This document shows, piece by piece, positions 18,216-27,437 of a stretch of 64,000 nucleotides of DNA (position 1 is its first letter; each line of letters opens with the position of its first letter). This stretch comes from Dehalococcoidia bacterium (GTDB lineage Bacteria > Chloroflexota > Dehalococcoidia > GIF9 > DYGU01). The stretch is from the NCBI GenBank assembly GCA_042408205.1, contig JBHOQK010000025.1:1597-65596 (forward strand). Reading direction: 5' to 3'. Made by a program: the position numbers and the translations under genes. The notes beneath the pieces were generated by a model. The model had not been told where the DNA came from. It did no database searches and was given only the letters and a program-made list of their open reading frames with translations.

Positions 18216-19382
18216 TTAGACGAAGGCGGGCAGGCCTAATATTTCGCGGCCAACGATGAGTTTTTGGATTTCGGTGGTGCCGTCGGCAAAGGTGAGCATT
18301 CGGGCATCCCGGAAATAACGCTCTAAAGGATATTCTTCAGAGACGCCATAAGCACCATGAATTTGAATGGCTTGGGAAGTTACCCTTATTGCCATTTCCG
18401 TGGCGAAGGCTTTTGCCATAGAGGCTTCTTTAAAGCAATTTTCCCCTTTCCCGAGGCGGTAATAAGCTTGATAGCAGAGGAAGCGAGCGGCTTCGGTGGT
18501 AATAGCCATATCGGCAATCATCTCTTGAATGAGCTGGAAAGTGCCAATGAGTCGTCCGAACTGCTTTCGCTCTTGGGCATATTTAATGGAGGCATCTAGG
18601 GCAGCTTGGGCAAGTCCAGTAGCCATCATTCCCATGCCAATGCGAATCTCAAGGAAATCCAAGAGAGCTAAGCGATAACCTCCCCCGAGACCGCCAAGGA
18701 TATTTTCTTTAGGAACCCGGCAGTTTTCAAAAATAAGTTCCGAGGTAGGGCAAGAGCGAAGCCCCAGGTGAGGCAGGTTTCGGCTGGTAAAAGGAGATTC
18801 AGCTCGGTCAACAATAAAGCAAGTAATGCCTTGAGCTCCCTTACTTCGGTCAGTGACGGCGAAAACAACAGCTATATCAGCAATATCCCCATTACTTATC
18901 CAAGTCTTAGTGCCATTTAGAATATAATAGTCGCCCTCAGGGACAGCCGTAGTTTTAATATCTCTGGCTCCGGAGCCGACATCAGGTTCAGTGGAAGCCA
19001 GACAGCAGATTTTCTCTAAGGCTAACACTTTGGGAATAAACTTTTGCTTTTGTTCAGGGGTACCATCTTTAAGTAAGCTAGGTAGTAAGGCTTCATTTTG
19101 GAGAATGACTATAAGACATAAGCTGGCATAAGCTCGGGAAAGCTCTTCAATGAGGATACCGTAAGAAACAAAGTCTAAGCCATGCCCCCCATATTCTTGA
19201 GGCAATAGGGCACCAATATAACCGAGGGGAGTTATTTTTTTCATAAGGTTTATAGCTATATCTCTGGGTAAAGGTTGATATTTTCGGTCATATTCATCAG
19301 CAATAGGAATTATTTCCTTCTCCATAAATTCCCGGGCACTTTTTTTAAGCATTTTCTGTTCTTCGCTAAACTCCAGTATCAT
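18216..19382 (-). CDS. acyl-CoA dehydrogenase
   Basis: 388 aa with ACAD blocks (STEPDVGSG, YFRDARMLTFADGTTEIQ). Confidence 0.9.
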   Translation of the reverse strand: MILEFSEEQKMLKKSAREFMEKEIIPIADEYDRKYQPLPRDIAINLMKKITPLGYIGALLPQEYGGHGLDFVSYGILIEELSRAYASLCLIVILQNEALLPSLLKDGTPEQKQKFIPKVLALEKICCLASTEPDVGSGARDIKTTAVPEGDYYILNGTKTWISNGDIADIAVVFAVTDRSKGAQGITCFIVDRAESPFTSRNLPHLGLRSCPTSELIFENCRVPKENILGGLGGGYRLALLDFLEIRIGMGMMATGLAQAALDASIKYAQERKQFGRLIGTFQLIQEMIADMAITTEAARFLCYQAYYRLGKGENCFKEASMAKAFATEMAIRVTSQAIQIHGAYGVSEEYPLERYFRDARMLTFADGTTEIQKLIVGREILGLPAFV

Positions 19383-19534
19383 GGCAACCTTCCTTTTAGT
19401 TTATGATTGGTTTTTTTCCGAAAGGGCTTTTAGGCTGGTTATCTCGCCTTAGCGATTATTATACTGCTTTGTATTTAAGAAGGGAATAGGTTTGTTCTTC
19501 AGGGAATGATATAATAAATTTGGAAGGGCTGAGG

Positions 19535-20578
19535 ATGATAAAGGCTTTACTTTACGAAAAACTTAATGGCAACCGAGTTCGGTGTAATGTATGCCAGTGG
19601 CGTTGTGTTATCCTTCCGGACAAAGTTGGCGTTTGCCGGGTGCGCCGCAATTATGATGGTGAACTCTACCTTCTCAATTATGCGGAAGTATCTTCTATAG
19701 GTGTTGACCCGATTGAAAAGAAACCTCTCTTTCATTTTTTCCCGGGGAGTTTTGTTTTTTCTTTAGGGGGCTGGGGGTGTAATTTTCATTGTCAGCATTG
19801 TCAGAACTGGGAAATTTCTTGTGTTGAAGAGCCGGGAAAGGGTGGCAGAATTTCTCGGAAAATTTCTCCTGAAGAAGCCATAGAGTTAACCATCCACTAT
19901 CGTTGTGGAGGTATTTGTTGGACTTATAATGAGCCGGCAATTTGGTTTGAGTATACTTTGGAAGGAGCCAAGTTAGCCCGACAGAAAGGTTTATATACAG
20001 CTTATGTCACTAATGGTTACCTTACCCCTGAGGCTTTAGATGTTATTGGACCTTATCTGGAAGCCTGGCGGGTTGATGTGAAAGGTTTTTCTGACAATTT
20101 TTATCAGAAACTGAGTAAAATTTATCGGTGGCGTGGTATTTTAGAGGTGGCGAAGCGGGCTCGGGAGAAGTGGGGAATGCATGTAGAAGTGGTGACCAAT
20201 ATTATACCGACTATGAACGATGATGAAGAACAATTACAAGGTATTGCCCGGTGGATTTGTGATGAATTAGGGGAATTAACCCCCTGGCATGTAACCCGGT
20301 TTTATCCTCACTATCATTTGACCCATCTGCCGCCAACTCCTATATCAACCCTGGAAAAAGCTTATTATATCGGTAAAAAAGCTGGATTAAAATTTGTTTA
20401 TCTTGGGAATGTGCCGGGACACGATAAGGAGAATACTGTTTGTTATTCTTGTGGTAAATTAAACATAAGTCGTTTTGGTTATAATACCCGGGTAGTTGGT
20501 GTTGATGGTTCAAAATGTAAGTTTTGCGGAGCCGAACTTAATATTAGGCAAACTATGAGAGGACGAGAGAGATGGTAA
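19535..20578 (+). CDS. AmmeMemoRadiSam system radical SAM enzyme
   Basis: CNFHCQHCQNW radical-SAM motif. Its N-terminal Cys cluster and length resemble PFL-activase-like enzymes. It is followed by MEMO-like and AMMECR1-like genes. I prefer the ATG at 19535 to the TTG at 19520. Confidence 0.8.
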   Translation: MIKALLYEKLNGNRVRCNVCQWRCVILPDKVGVCRVRRNYDGELYLLNYAEVSSIGVDPIEKKPLFHFFPGSFVFSLGGWGCNFHCQHCQNWEISCVEEPGKGGRISRKISPEEAIELTIHYRCGGICWTYNEPAIWFEYTLEGAKLARQKGLYTAYVTNGYLTPEALDVIGPYLEAWRVDVKGFSDNFYQKLSKIYRWRGILEVAKRAREKWGMHVEVVTNIIPTMNDDEEQLQGIARWICDELGELTPWHVTRFYPHYHLTHLPPTPISTLEKAYYIGKKAGLKFVYLGNVPGHDKENTVCYSCGKLNISRFGYNTRVVGVDGSKCKFCGAELNIRQTMRGRERW

Positions 20579-21387
20579 AAGTTAGGAATCCAGCAGTATC
20601 AGGGCAATTTTATCCGGCATCCCCTTCTTTACTTCGGGCTCAGATTGAAGGTTTTATTGACCCAAAAGCAGTTAAGGAAGAGGTAATAGGCCTAGTCTCA
20701 CCTCATGCTGGATATATTTATTCTGGAGGGGTGGCTGGTGCCGTTATCTCCAAGGTTAGATTCAAAGATACCTTTATTATTTTAGGACCAAATCATACTG
20801 GGTATGGAAGTCCTTTTAGTATTATGGCTGAAGGGGTCTGGAAAACTCCCCTCGGGGAGGTTGAGATTGACTCAAGATTGAGTAAAAAAATATTAGAAAT
20901 CTCCAAATATTTAAAGGAGGATCATCTGGCTCATTTGAGGGAGCATTCTATTGAGGTTCAATTACCCTTTCTCCAGTATTTCAAAGAAGATGTTAAGATA
21001 GTCCCCATTGTTCTTGCCCCTGCCCCGGGTAGCACTTATAAAGAGATTGGACGGGAAATAGCTAAGGCAATCAAGAATTTAAATAAAGAAGTAATCATCA
21101 TTGCCAGTACTGATATGACCCATTATGAACCTCATCAGGTAGCGCAAAGGAAAGATAAACAGGCTATAGAGGCAATACTGAATTTAAATGAAGATGAGCT
21201 TCTTAAGCGAGTAGATGAGTTAGACATATCCATGTGTGGCTATGGACCGACGGTTAGTCTTATCTCCGCCAGTAAAGAATTAGGCGCCAAGGTAGCTGAA
21301 CTGATTAAATATCAAACAAGTGGAGATACCTCTGGTAATTACGCCAGTGTTGTTGGCTATGCTGGAATAATAATTAAGAAGGGGTAA
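20572..21387 (+). CDS. AmmeMemoRadiSam system protein B (MEMO1 family)
   Basis: [10 protein letters not shown]...[10 protein letters not shown]...GPNHTG blocks typical of the MEMO family. The start overlaps the upstream stop. Confidence 0.85.
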   Translation: MVKVRNPAVSGQFYPASPSLLRAQIEGFIDPKAVKEEVIGLVSPHAGYIYSGGVAGAVISKVRFKDTFIILGPNHTGYGSPFSIMAEGVWKTPLGEVEIDSRLSKKILEISKYLKEDHLAHLREHSIEVQLPFLQYFKEDVKIVPIVLAPAPGSTYKEIGREIAKAIKNLNKEVIIIASTDMTHYEPHQVAQRKDKQAIEAILNLNEDELLKRVDELDISMCGYGPTVSLISASKELGAKVAELIKYQTSGDTSGNYASVVGYAGIIIKKG

Positions 21388-21392
21388 CTAAA

Positions 21393-21896
21393 ATGCATCC
21401 CTTGGTTAAATTAGCTAAGGAAACCGTTGAAAACTATATCCGCAAGGGCAAGGTGGTAAAACCGGAAGAGCTCACTCCGGAGATGAAGGAAAGAGCTGGT
21501 GTTTTTGTCTGTATTAAAAAACATGGTGAATTACGGGGATGTATTGGGACTTTCGAACCTACCCAAGCTAATGTAGCCGAGGAAATTATAGCTAATGCTA
21601 TCAGTTCTGCTACTCGGGATCCTCGGTTCTCACCAATAACTGAGGCAGAGCTACCAGATTTAGAATACATTGTAGATATTCTTACCCGTCCTGAACCGGT
21701 GACGGATATAAGACAGCTTGATCCGAAGAAATATGGGATAATTGTTGAGAGTGGCTTCAGGCGTGGACTCCTTCTTCCTGACCTGGAAGGAGTTAATACG
21801 GTTGAGGAGCAAATAGCTATCTGTCGGGCTAAAGCCGGCATACTTCCTGAAGAACCAATAAAACTTTATCGTTTTCAGGTGAGGCGATATAAGTGA
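21393..21896 (+). CDS. AmmeMemoRadiSam system protein A (AMMECR1 domain)
   Basis: [18 protein letters not shown] and RDPRFSP motifs typical of AMMECR1. Confidence 0.85.
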   Translation: MHPLVKLAKETVENYIRKGKVVKPEELTPEMKERAGVFVCIKKHGELRGCIGTFEPTQANVAEEIIANAISSATRDPRFSPITEAELPDLEYIVDILTRPEPVTDIRQLDPKKYGIIVESGFRRGLLLPDLEGVNTVEEQIAICRAKAGILPEEPIKLYRFQVRRYK

Positions 21897-22957
21897 AGTT
21901 ATTGGTTATTGGTTTAGGCAAGGGTGGCTCTCGAATTGCTGATGAATTTGCTCAGTTAAATAAAAAAGCTAAAGCAGAGCGGAATGTGACTATATTAACG
22001 GCAGCATATGCCGCTTGCTCTGATGGGGAGACCTTAGAGAAGCTAATTTCTAAAGAGACAGATCTTCTGGTTCGGTTATTAGTGCCGGAACCTTCATCGA
22101 CAAAACCTAATGAGACAGTCCAAGCCATTAGTGAACGAATTTTATCAGCTATACGGCGGAGTGAATATTTTGATACTGAAGCTTTCCTGGTTATTGCTGG
22201 TGCTGGTGGCAATTTTGGTTCTAAGATGGCGCCTCTAATCGGACAAAAATTAAAGGAGCGCTTTGTTGGTAAGCCTATTTATAGCCTTCTGGTTCTTCCC
22301 TTCGAATCAGAAGAATTAACTGAGACCGAAGCAATTTATCGGGCAGCGGTTTGTCTTAAATCTCTTTACCGGGTGACTGAGGCTGTTTTTTTGGTGGACA
22401 ATGAAAAGTTGCGGCGAGGCAAGGTATCGTGGGGGCAGCCACAAATTAATCAGGAGATAGTAACCTTCTTTTATGACCTTTTATGTGCCAGTGAGGTTTC
22501 TGGGTCTAAATACGCTGGGGTAAGAAACTTAAGTGTTGGCGATATAATCCAGACCCTTTATGGTTTTACTGCTATAGGCACTGGGAAAGTTGAACTTACT
22601 TCACGGTTTTCCTTCTGGAGGTTACCTACGTTTCGAGAGAAGGGAGAGGAGCAATTGAAGGCTCTGGAGGCAATTAATTTAGCCTTAAACAATTTGTCGA
22701 TTGATTGTGGACTAAAAGATTCGGGCAAAGCTTTATATCTTGTTTCAGCCCCGGCTAAAGAAATGAGCGTCGATATGGCTAAGGCTTTAGCTGGTCGTTT
22801 ACGAGAACTGACCGAGGTTGCTGAAATTAGGGGTGGTGATTTTGCTGGTAGCACCAATTCAGTTCAAGTTACCGTGGTTTTGTCCCAACTTGCCTTTGTA
22901 GAAAAAGTAAAAAATTATTATGACAAAGCTGTTGCCTTTTTGAAATTGAAGAGATAA
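21893..22957 (+). CDS. tubulin/FtsZ-superfamily paralog with degenerate nucleotide-binding loops
   Basis: GTG start inside GTGA, overlapping the AMMECR1 stop, with SD ggtgagg. The N-terminus [19 protein letters not shown] is clearly paralogous to 26195..27373. The T4 signature reads GAGGNFGS, the NTD motif reads CSDGE, and the Gly-rich T3 region is absent. Confidence 0.6.
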   Translation: MKLLVIGLGKGGSRIADEFAQLNKKAKAERNVTILTAAYAACSDGETLEKLISKETDLLVRLLVPEPSSTKPNETVQAISERILSAIRRSEYFDTEAFLVIAGAGGNFGSKMAPLIGQKLKERFVGKPIYSLLVLPFESEELTETEAIYRAAVCLKSLYRVTEAVFLVDNEKLRRGKVSWGQPQINQEIVTFFYDLLCASEVSGSKYAGVRNLSVGDIIQTLYGFTAIGTGKVELTSRFSFWRLPTFREKGEEQLKALEAINLALNNLSIDCGLKDSGKALYLVSAPAKEMSVDMAKALAGRLRELTEVAEIRGGDFAGSTNSVQVTVVLSQLAFVEKVKNYYDKAVAFLKLKR

Positions 22958-22962
22958 TAAAT

Positions 22963-24273
22963 ATGACTTTTTTAGATAAAGATGTGCCTTTAGCATTTAG
23001 GCTGCGCCCGCGGAATTTTGACGAATTTGTGGGACAAGAACATTTAATTGGGGAAGGGAGGGTGCTTCGGAAATGTATTGAGATGGATCAGTTACCGTCT
23101 TTAATCCTGTGGGGTCCTCCTGGGAGTGGCAAAACAAGTTTAGCTTATGTTATTGCTAACATGACCAAGTCTCATTTTAGTCCTGTAAGTGCCGTTAATG
23201 CTGGTGTGGCTGATTTGCGCCAGATTATCAAGGAAGCTAAACAGCGCCGGAACTGGGGGCAAAGAACTATCCTTTTTATTGATGAAATTCACCGCTTCAA
23301 TAAAGCCCAGCAGGATGCCATTTTACCCTTCGTAGAAAAGGGAACGATAACCCTTATCGGAGCTACTACTGAAAATCCATCTTTTGAAGTAATTTCTCCT
23401 CTTTTATCTCGGTGTCGAGTATTTACTTTAAAACCTTTATCGGATAAAGAGATTGAACTTATTATCAAGAGGGCTTTAGAGGATGAAGAACGGGGGTTGG
23501 CTAAATTAAAGGTGAAGTTAAAGGATGAAGCCTTAGAATATCTTATTCTTATGTCCAATGGGGATGCTCGAATAGCTCTCAATGCTTTAGAAATGGCAGC
23601 TTGGGCAACACCTCCTGATGAGACTGGGCAGCGGTGTCTGACTTTGCCAATTATTGAAGAAGCTCTTCAAAGTCGGACTTTTCTTTACGATAAGGCTGGT
23701 GACCAGCATTATGACCTTATTTCAGCTTTACATAAATCCTTAAGGGGTTCGGCTCCTGATGCCGCTTTATATTGGTTAGGGCGGATGCTGGAGGCTGGGG
23801 AAGACCCTTTGTATATAGCTCGGCGCTTAATTCGCTTTGCCTGTGAAGATATCGGAATGGCTGACCCCCAAGCCTTAGTCATCGCTGTCGCTGCTCAGCA
23901 AGCTGTCCATTTTGTGGGCATGCCTGAAGGTAATCTGGCTTTAGCTGAAGCCGTGGTCTACTTAGCTACAGCTCCGAAAAGTAACTCTATATATGAGGCT
24001 TATAGTCAAGTGCAGCAAGATATAGAAAAAGGTCGAAACGATCCCGTACCCCTTCATTTGCGCAATCCAGTTACTCCACTAATGCGTGGCTTTGGATATG
24101 GAAAAGACTATAAATACCCCCATGACTACCCAGGACATTTTGTTGCTCAAGAGTATTTGCCCAAGAGTTTAGCCGGAAAGCGCTATTACCTGCCTAGTGA
24201 CCAAGGTTATGAAAAAGAAATTCAAGTTCGACTCCAAAATTGGTGGGGAAATAAGAAAACTAAACCAGACTAA
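22963..24273 (+). CDS. rarA: replication-associated recombination protein A (AAA+ ATPase)
   Basis: GPPGSGKTS Walker A, LFIDEIHRFNK Walker B/sensor, and C-terminal MgsA-type blocks (HYDLISALHKSLRGS, YPHDYP). Confidence 0.9.
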   Translation: MTFLDKDVPLAFRLRPRNFDEFVGQEHLIGEGRVLRKCIEMDQLPSLILWGPPGSGKTSLAYVIANMTKSHFSPVSAVNAGVADLRQIIKEAKQRRNWGQRTILFIDEIHRFNKAQQDAILPFVEKGTITLIGATTENPSFEVISPLLSRCRVFTLKPLSDKEIELIIKRALEDEERGLAKLKVKLKDEALEYLILMSNGDARIALNALEMAAWATPPDETGQRCLTLPIIEEALQSRTFLYDKAGDQHYDLISALHKSLRGSAPDAALYWLGRMLEAGEDPLYIARRLIRFACEDIGMADPQALVIAVAAQQAVHFVGMPEGNLALAEAVVYLATAPKSNSIYEAYSQVQQDIEKGRNDPVPLHLRNPVTPLMRGFGYGKDYKYPHDYPGHFVAQEYLPKSLAGKRYYLPSDQGYEKEIQVRLQNWWGNKKTKPD

Positions 24274-24354
24274 ACCCCCTCACCCCTAAATTCCTCTCTG
24301 TTAGAAACTTTTATCGCCCAGCCTAAACAAAATACCACCACGGACATTTTTAAA

Positions 24355-24383
24355 TAGACTTATTAGAACATTAGTGCTAATAT
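24355..24383 (+). promoter_or_regulatory. promoter of the terminase module (TAGACT-17-TAATAT) containing the conserved element TTAGAACATTAGTGCTAA (24363..24380)
   Basis: The spacer and -10 are almost identical to the promoter at 42449..42477. The ATG at 24390 lies 6 nt after the -10 box, with no SD. Confidence 0.5.
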
Positions 24384-24389
24384 ATAGCC

Positions 24390-24578
24390 ATGAAGCTTTT
24401 AAAGTTAGCCTTAGAAACCCAGCGCTATGACCTGGCAGCCCATGCCTTAGTCTTTGGCTTAATCAAAGCCAAGATTGACAATGGCAGACAGGGAAATGGT
24501 AAAGACCAGAGAAAGTCAAGACAAGCCAAAAAGACCATCATTCTACGAACAAGCCTTAAAGGAAGCCGAAAAGCTTGA
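24390..24578 (+). CDS. possible leaderless small ORF (62 aa), uncertain
   Basis: The ATG lies 6 nt downstream of the predicted -10. The first ~30 aa look helical and the remainder is a basic tail. It overlaps the next ORF in the +1 frame. Confidence 0.25.
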   Translation: MKLLKLALETQRYDLAAHALVFGLIKAKIDNGRQGNGKDQRKSRQAKKTIILRTSLKGSRKA

Positions 24579-24831
24579 ACTCCAAGAAGCTTTAGGCATT
24601 GATGGGATTGACCAGGAAATAGCGCTACTAAGGATAAAACTCAGGGAGCTTATTGTGTCTCAGCCCGATAGAATAGATTTACACCTTGAAGCTGCTTCTA
24701 CTATCGCCCGGTTAGTTAGAACCAGATACTTGATCACCAAGGAGCAAAAGAAGTCCCTAAAGGAAGCTATCACTAAAGTCATCACCGAAATTGCTGTTCC
24801 TTTAGGCGTTAAAGTGTTAATGAGGGAGTAA
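24481..24831 (+). CDS. hypothetical protein immediately upstream of the large terminase (small-terminase candidate)
   Basis: The position is the only evidence. Its stop is 1 nt from the terminase ATG, the protein is helical and charged, and I recognise no motif. Confidence 0.4.
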   Translation: MADREMVKTRESQDKPKRPSFYEQALKEAEKLELQEALGIDGIDQEIALLRIKLRELIVSQPDRIDLHLEAASTIARLVRTRYLITKEQKKSLKEAITKVITEIAVPLGVKVLMRE

Positions 24832-24832
24832 C

Positions 24833-26212
24833 ATGAAGTTAAGACCATATCAATTAGAAGTGGCTAAAGCCGTAGTCGAAAGTGTCATCGAAAAGAAAGG
24901 CTTAACCTTCTCCGTAGAAATAGCCCGGCAGGGAGGGAAAAATGAACTCTCTGCCCATTTGGAGGTACTTCTTTTGACTCTGTTTATGGCTAAAGGTGGT
25001 AATGCCGTTAAATGTTCTCCTACCTTTAAGCCCCAGACTATTATCTCAATGATGCGACTTAAGGAAAGACTTGATGAGTTCGGCTTTACTGGTATTTATC
25101 GTCCTGAAATGGGCTATATCCTTCGCTTGGGGAATGCTTGCCAAATCTTTTTATCTGCCGATGAGCAAGCCTCCGTAGTCGGTCATACTGCCGATATCCT
25201 CTTAGAAATTGATGAAAGTCAAGATGTCAGTAAAGACAAATATACTAAGGATTTCCGACCCATGGCTTCAGCCTACAACACTACTACCGTCCATTACGGC
25301 ACGACCTGGGATGATACCACTCTCTTGGAAGAGATAAAGCAAATGAACTTAGAGCTGGAAAAGAAAGACGGCATCAAAAGACATTTTCGCTATGACTGGC
25401 AGGAAGTAGGTAAATATAACCCCGATTATTTAGCCTTTGTAGAAAGTGAACGGGAAAGGTTAGGCGAAAATCATCCCCTGTTTTTAACCCAATATGCTCT
25501 TAAACCCATAAGAGGCGGTGGTGGCTTTCTAACCAATCTTCAGATTGCCCAGATGTTAGGCAATCATCCCAGACAAAAATACCGAGAAGAAGGTAAAACT
25601 TATATTGCCGGCATTGACTTAGCTGGGCAGGAAGAACAATTAGATGAGTTAATTCTCACCAGACCCTCCCGGGATGCCACTGTTATCACCATTGCTGAAT
25701 TAGACCTTCGCCACCAATCCGAAGCTAACTTAGTTCAGCCAAGTCTAAAAATAGTCGAACACTATGCCTGGATTGGCAAAAAACACACCGAAGCCATAAA
25801 CACCATTATTGACTTAATGAGAAATACTTGGAATATCAGTAAAGTAGTAGTCGATGCCACGGGAATTGGTGAGCCCATCGCAGCCATCCTAAAACAAGCC
25901 CTGGGAAGTAAGGTCGTTCCCTTCGTCTTTACCCAGAAATCTAAATCAGAACTGGGCTTTGAACTTTTAGCCTTTATCAACTCAGGCAGGCTAAAAATCT
26001 ACCGGCAAGATGGCTCAGAAGATTATAAAGAACTAATGTATCAGCTTGAGAAAGCTAAGTCCGTTTACCGCCCTAACCAGACCCTAAACTTCTTTGTCGA
26101 CCCGCAAGACGGGCACGACGATTATCTAATGAGCTTAGCCCTCTTAGTTTTTGGGGCTAAAGAATGGCAACCCCGAGTAGCTCGGGGTTTGACTTCAAAT
26201 AAGGGTTGGTAA
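24833..26212 (+). CDS. phage terminase large subunit-like protein
   Basis: 459 aa. Walker A-like ARQGGKNE and Walker B-like ILLEIDESQ in the N-terminal half. RNase-H-like nuclease pattern in the C-terminal half (IAGIDLAG ... VVVDATGIG ... GHDDYLMSLAL). SD gagggag. Confidence 0.7.
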   Translation: MKLRPYQLEVAKAVVESVIEKKGLTFSVEIARQGGKNELSAHLEVLLLTLFMAKGGNAVKCSPTFKPQTIISMMRLKERLDEFGFTGIYRPEMGYILRLGNACQIFLSADEQASVVGHTADILLEIDESQDVSKDKYTKDFRPMASAYNTTTVHYGTTWDDTTLLEEIKQMNLELEKKDGIKRHFRYDWQEVGKYNPDYLAFVESERERLGENHPLFLTQYALKPIRGGGGFLTNLQIAQMLGNHPRQKYREEGKTYIAGIDLAGQEEQLDELILTRPSRDATVITIAELDLRHQSEANLVQPSLKIVEHYAWIGKKHTEAINTIIDLMRNTWNISKVVVDATGIGEPIAAILKQALGSKVVPFVFTQKSKSELGFELLAFINSGRLKIYRQDGSEDYKELMYQLEKAKSVYRPNQTLNFFVDPQDGHDDYLMSLALLVFGAKEWQPRVARGLTSNKGW

Positions 26213-27373
26213 TTCTTTAGCTGCTTCTTCCATATCCCGGAGGCGGCTGGTAGTTTCTTTTATCCTTTCTTTCTGACTGCGGGCAAAGGCAGAAGCCCGG
26301 TCGTAATAATCTCTTATTTTTTGGACAAAAGCCAGCTGGGAAAACATTACGGTAACATCAATAGCTCCTTTTTCCCAAGGGAAGTCACCGCTTCTAATAA
26401 CAGCATTTTCAGCTAATTCTCTAAGATAATCCCCCAAGCCTTTAGCCATATCCATATTCATGTGTCGAGCTGGAGCGGCTAACAGAAAGAGAGCTCGCCC
26501 CGCATCCGCTGGATTACAGGCTAAAGAAAGCTCACTTAAGGCAGCATCCATAGCTTGCATAGCCCGAAGAGTCTCTCGACTCTTTTCTCGGAAAGTGGCG
26601 GTGGGTCTTTCCCAAGGGAAGCGCCAGCGGGGGATTTCCGTTCTGCCCACGCCAATCACAGTCCAGCCATCAATAGACTGGATAATATCGCCGGCATCGA
26701 GGGTCTTTGCCCCCACATATTTGTATTTAGTTACTTCACCAGCACACATTATGTCATAAAAGGGTTCAACAATTTGCCTATTTATTCGCTGTAAGTTTGT
26801 GGCTAAAGAGGCATCTTTTCTTACATAGCGTTGATTATCAACTAAGAAAACACCATCGGCAACAGTGTGGATAGACTTAAGACAGGTAGCTGTATTATAG
26901 ACACTTCTTAATTCAGCCATTTCCTCGTGTTCAAAGGGGAGGACTATCAGGGCATAAACAGGCTTGCCAATATAACGCTCTTTAATCATTTGGGTAATAA
27001 CGGAGATGGCTCCAGAGCCAGTACCACCAGCCGCGCCGGCAATGAGGAGAAAAGCATGAGTTTCATAAAAGCGGGGAGCTGTCCGGATGGCATCAATAAC
27101 TTTGTCCCCATCTTCTTTAGCCAGCTCGGCTCCCATTTCATTTACTTTACCGACGCCGTGCCCCCAAGTCTTACGCCCGCCAATAAGAATGCGGTGGAGA
27201 TAATCAGAGCCAATATAAGTTAATCCTGTTAGGTCAGCTTGGTCAGTGTTTACGGCAAAAGCTCCGGTAACGATAGTTGTCTTTCGCTCACTCTGGGCTC
27301 TGGCATTAAGCCGGACAAATTCATCAGCAATCCGTGAACCACATTGTCCTAAACCAATAACCATTAATTTCAT
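26195..27373 (-). CDS. tubulin/FtsZ-superfamily GTPase (intact motifs)
   Basis: [19 protein letters not shown] (T1, GQCG as in tubulin/CetZ), AVNTDQADL (as FtsZ NTDAQAL), GHGVGKVNEMG (T3-like), IAGAAGGTGSG (T4 tubulin signature), TLDAGD (T7-like NxDxxD). SD agagagg. Confidence 0.7.
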   Translation of the reverse strand: MKLMVIGLGQCGSRIADEFVRLNARAQSERKTTIVTGAFAVNTDQADLTGLTYIGSDYLHRILIGGRKTWGHGVGKVNEMGAELAKEDGDKVIDAIRTAPRFYETHAFLLIAGAAGGTGSGAISVITQMIKERYIGKPVYALIVLPFEHEEMAELRSVYNTATCLKSIHTVADGVFLVDNQRYVRKDASLATNLQRINRQIVEPFYDIMCAGEVTKYKYVGAKTLDAGDIIQSIDGWTVIGVGRTEIPRWRFPWERPTATFREKSRETLRAMQAMDAALSELSLACNPADAGRALFLLAAPARHMNMDMAKGLGDYLRELAENAVIRSGDFPWEKGAIDVTVMFSQLAFVQKIRDYYDRASAFARSQKERIKETTSRLRDMEEAAKELPTLI

Positions 27374-27409
27374 CTTCTTACCTCTCTTTCTTTTAGTAAG
27401 ATTTTCCTT

Positions 27410-27437
27410 ATTATAACCATAGTTTTCAGTTTGTCAA
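27410..27437 (-). promoter_or_regulatory. near-consensus promoter for the tubulin-like gene (TTGACA-16-TATAAT)
   Basis: Read on the minus strand. It starts immediately after the stop codon of the upstream IPT-repeat gene. Confidence 0.6.
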
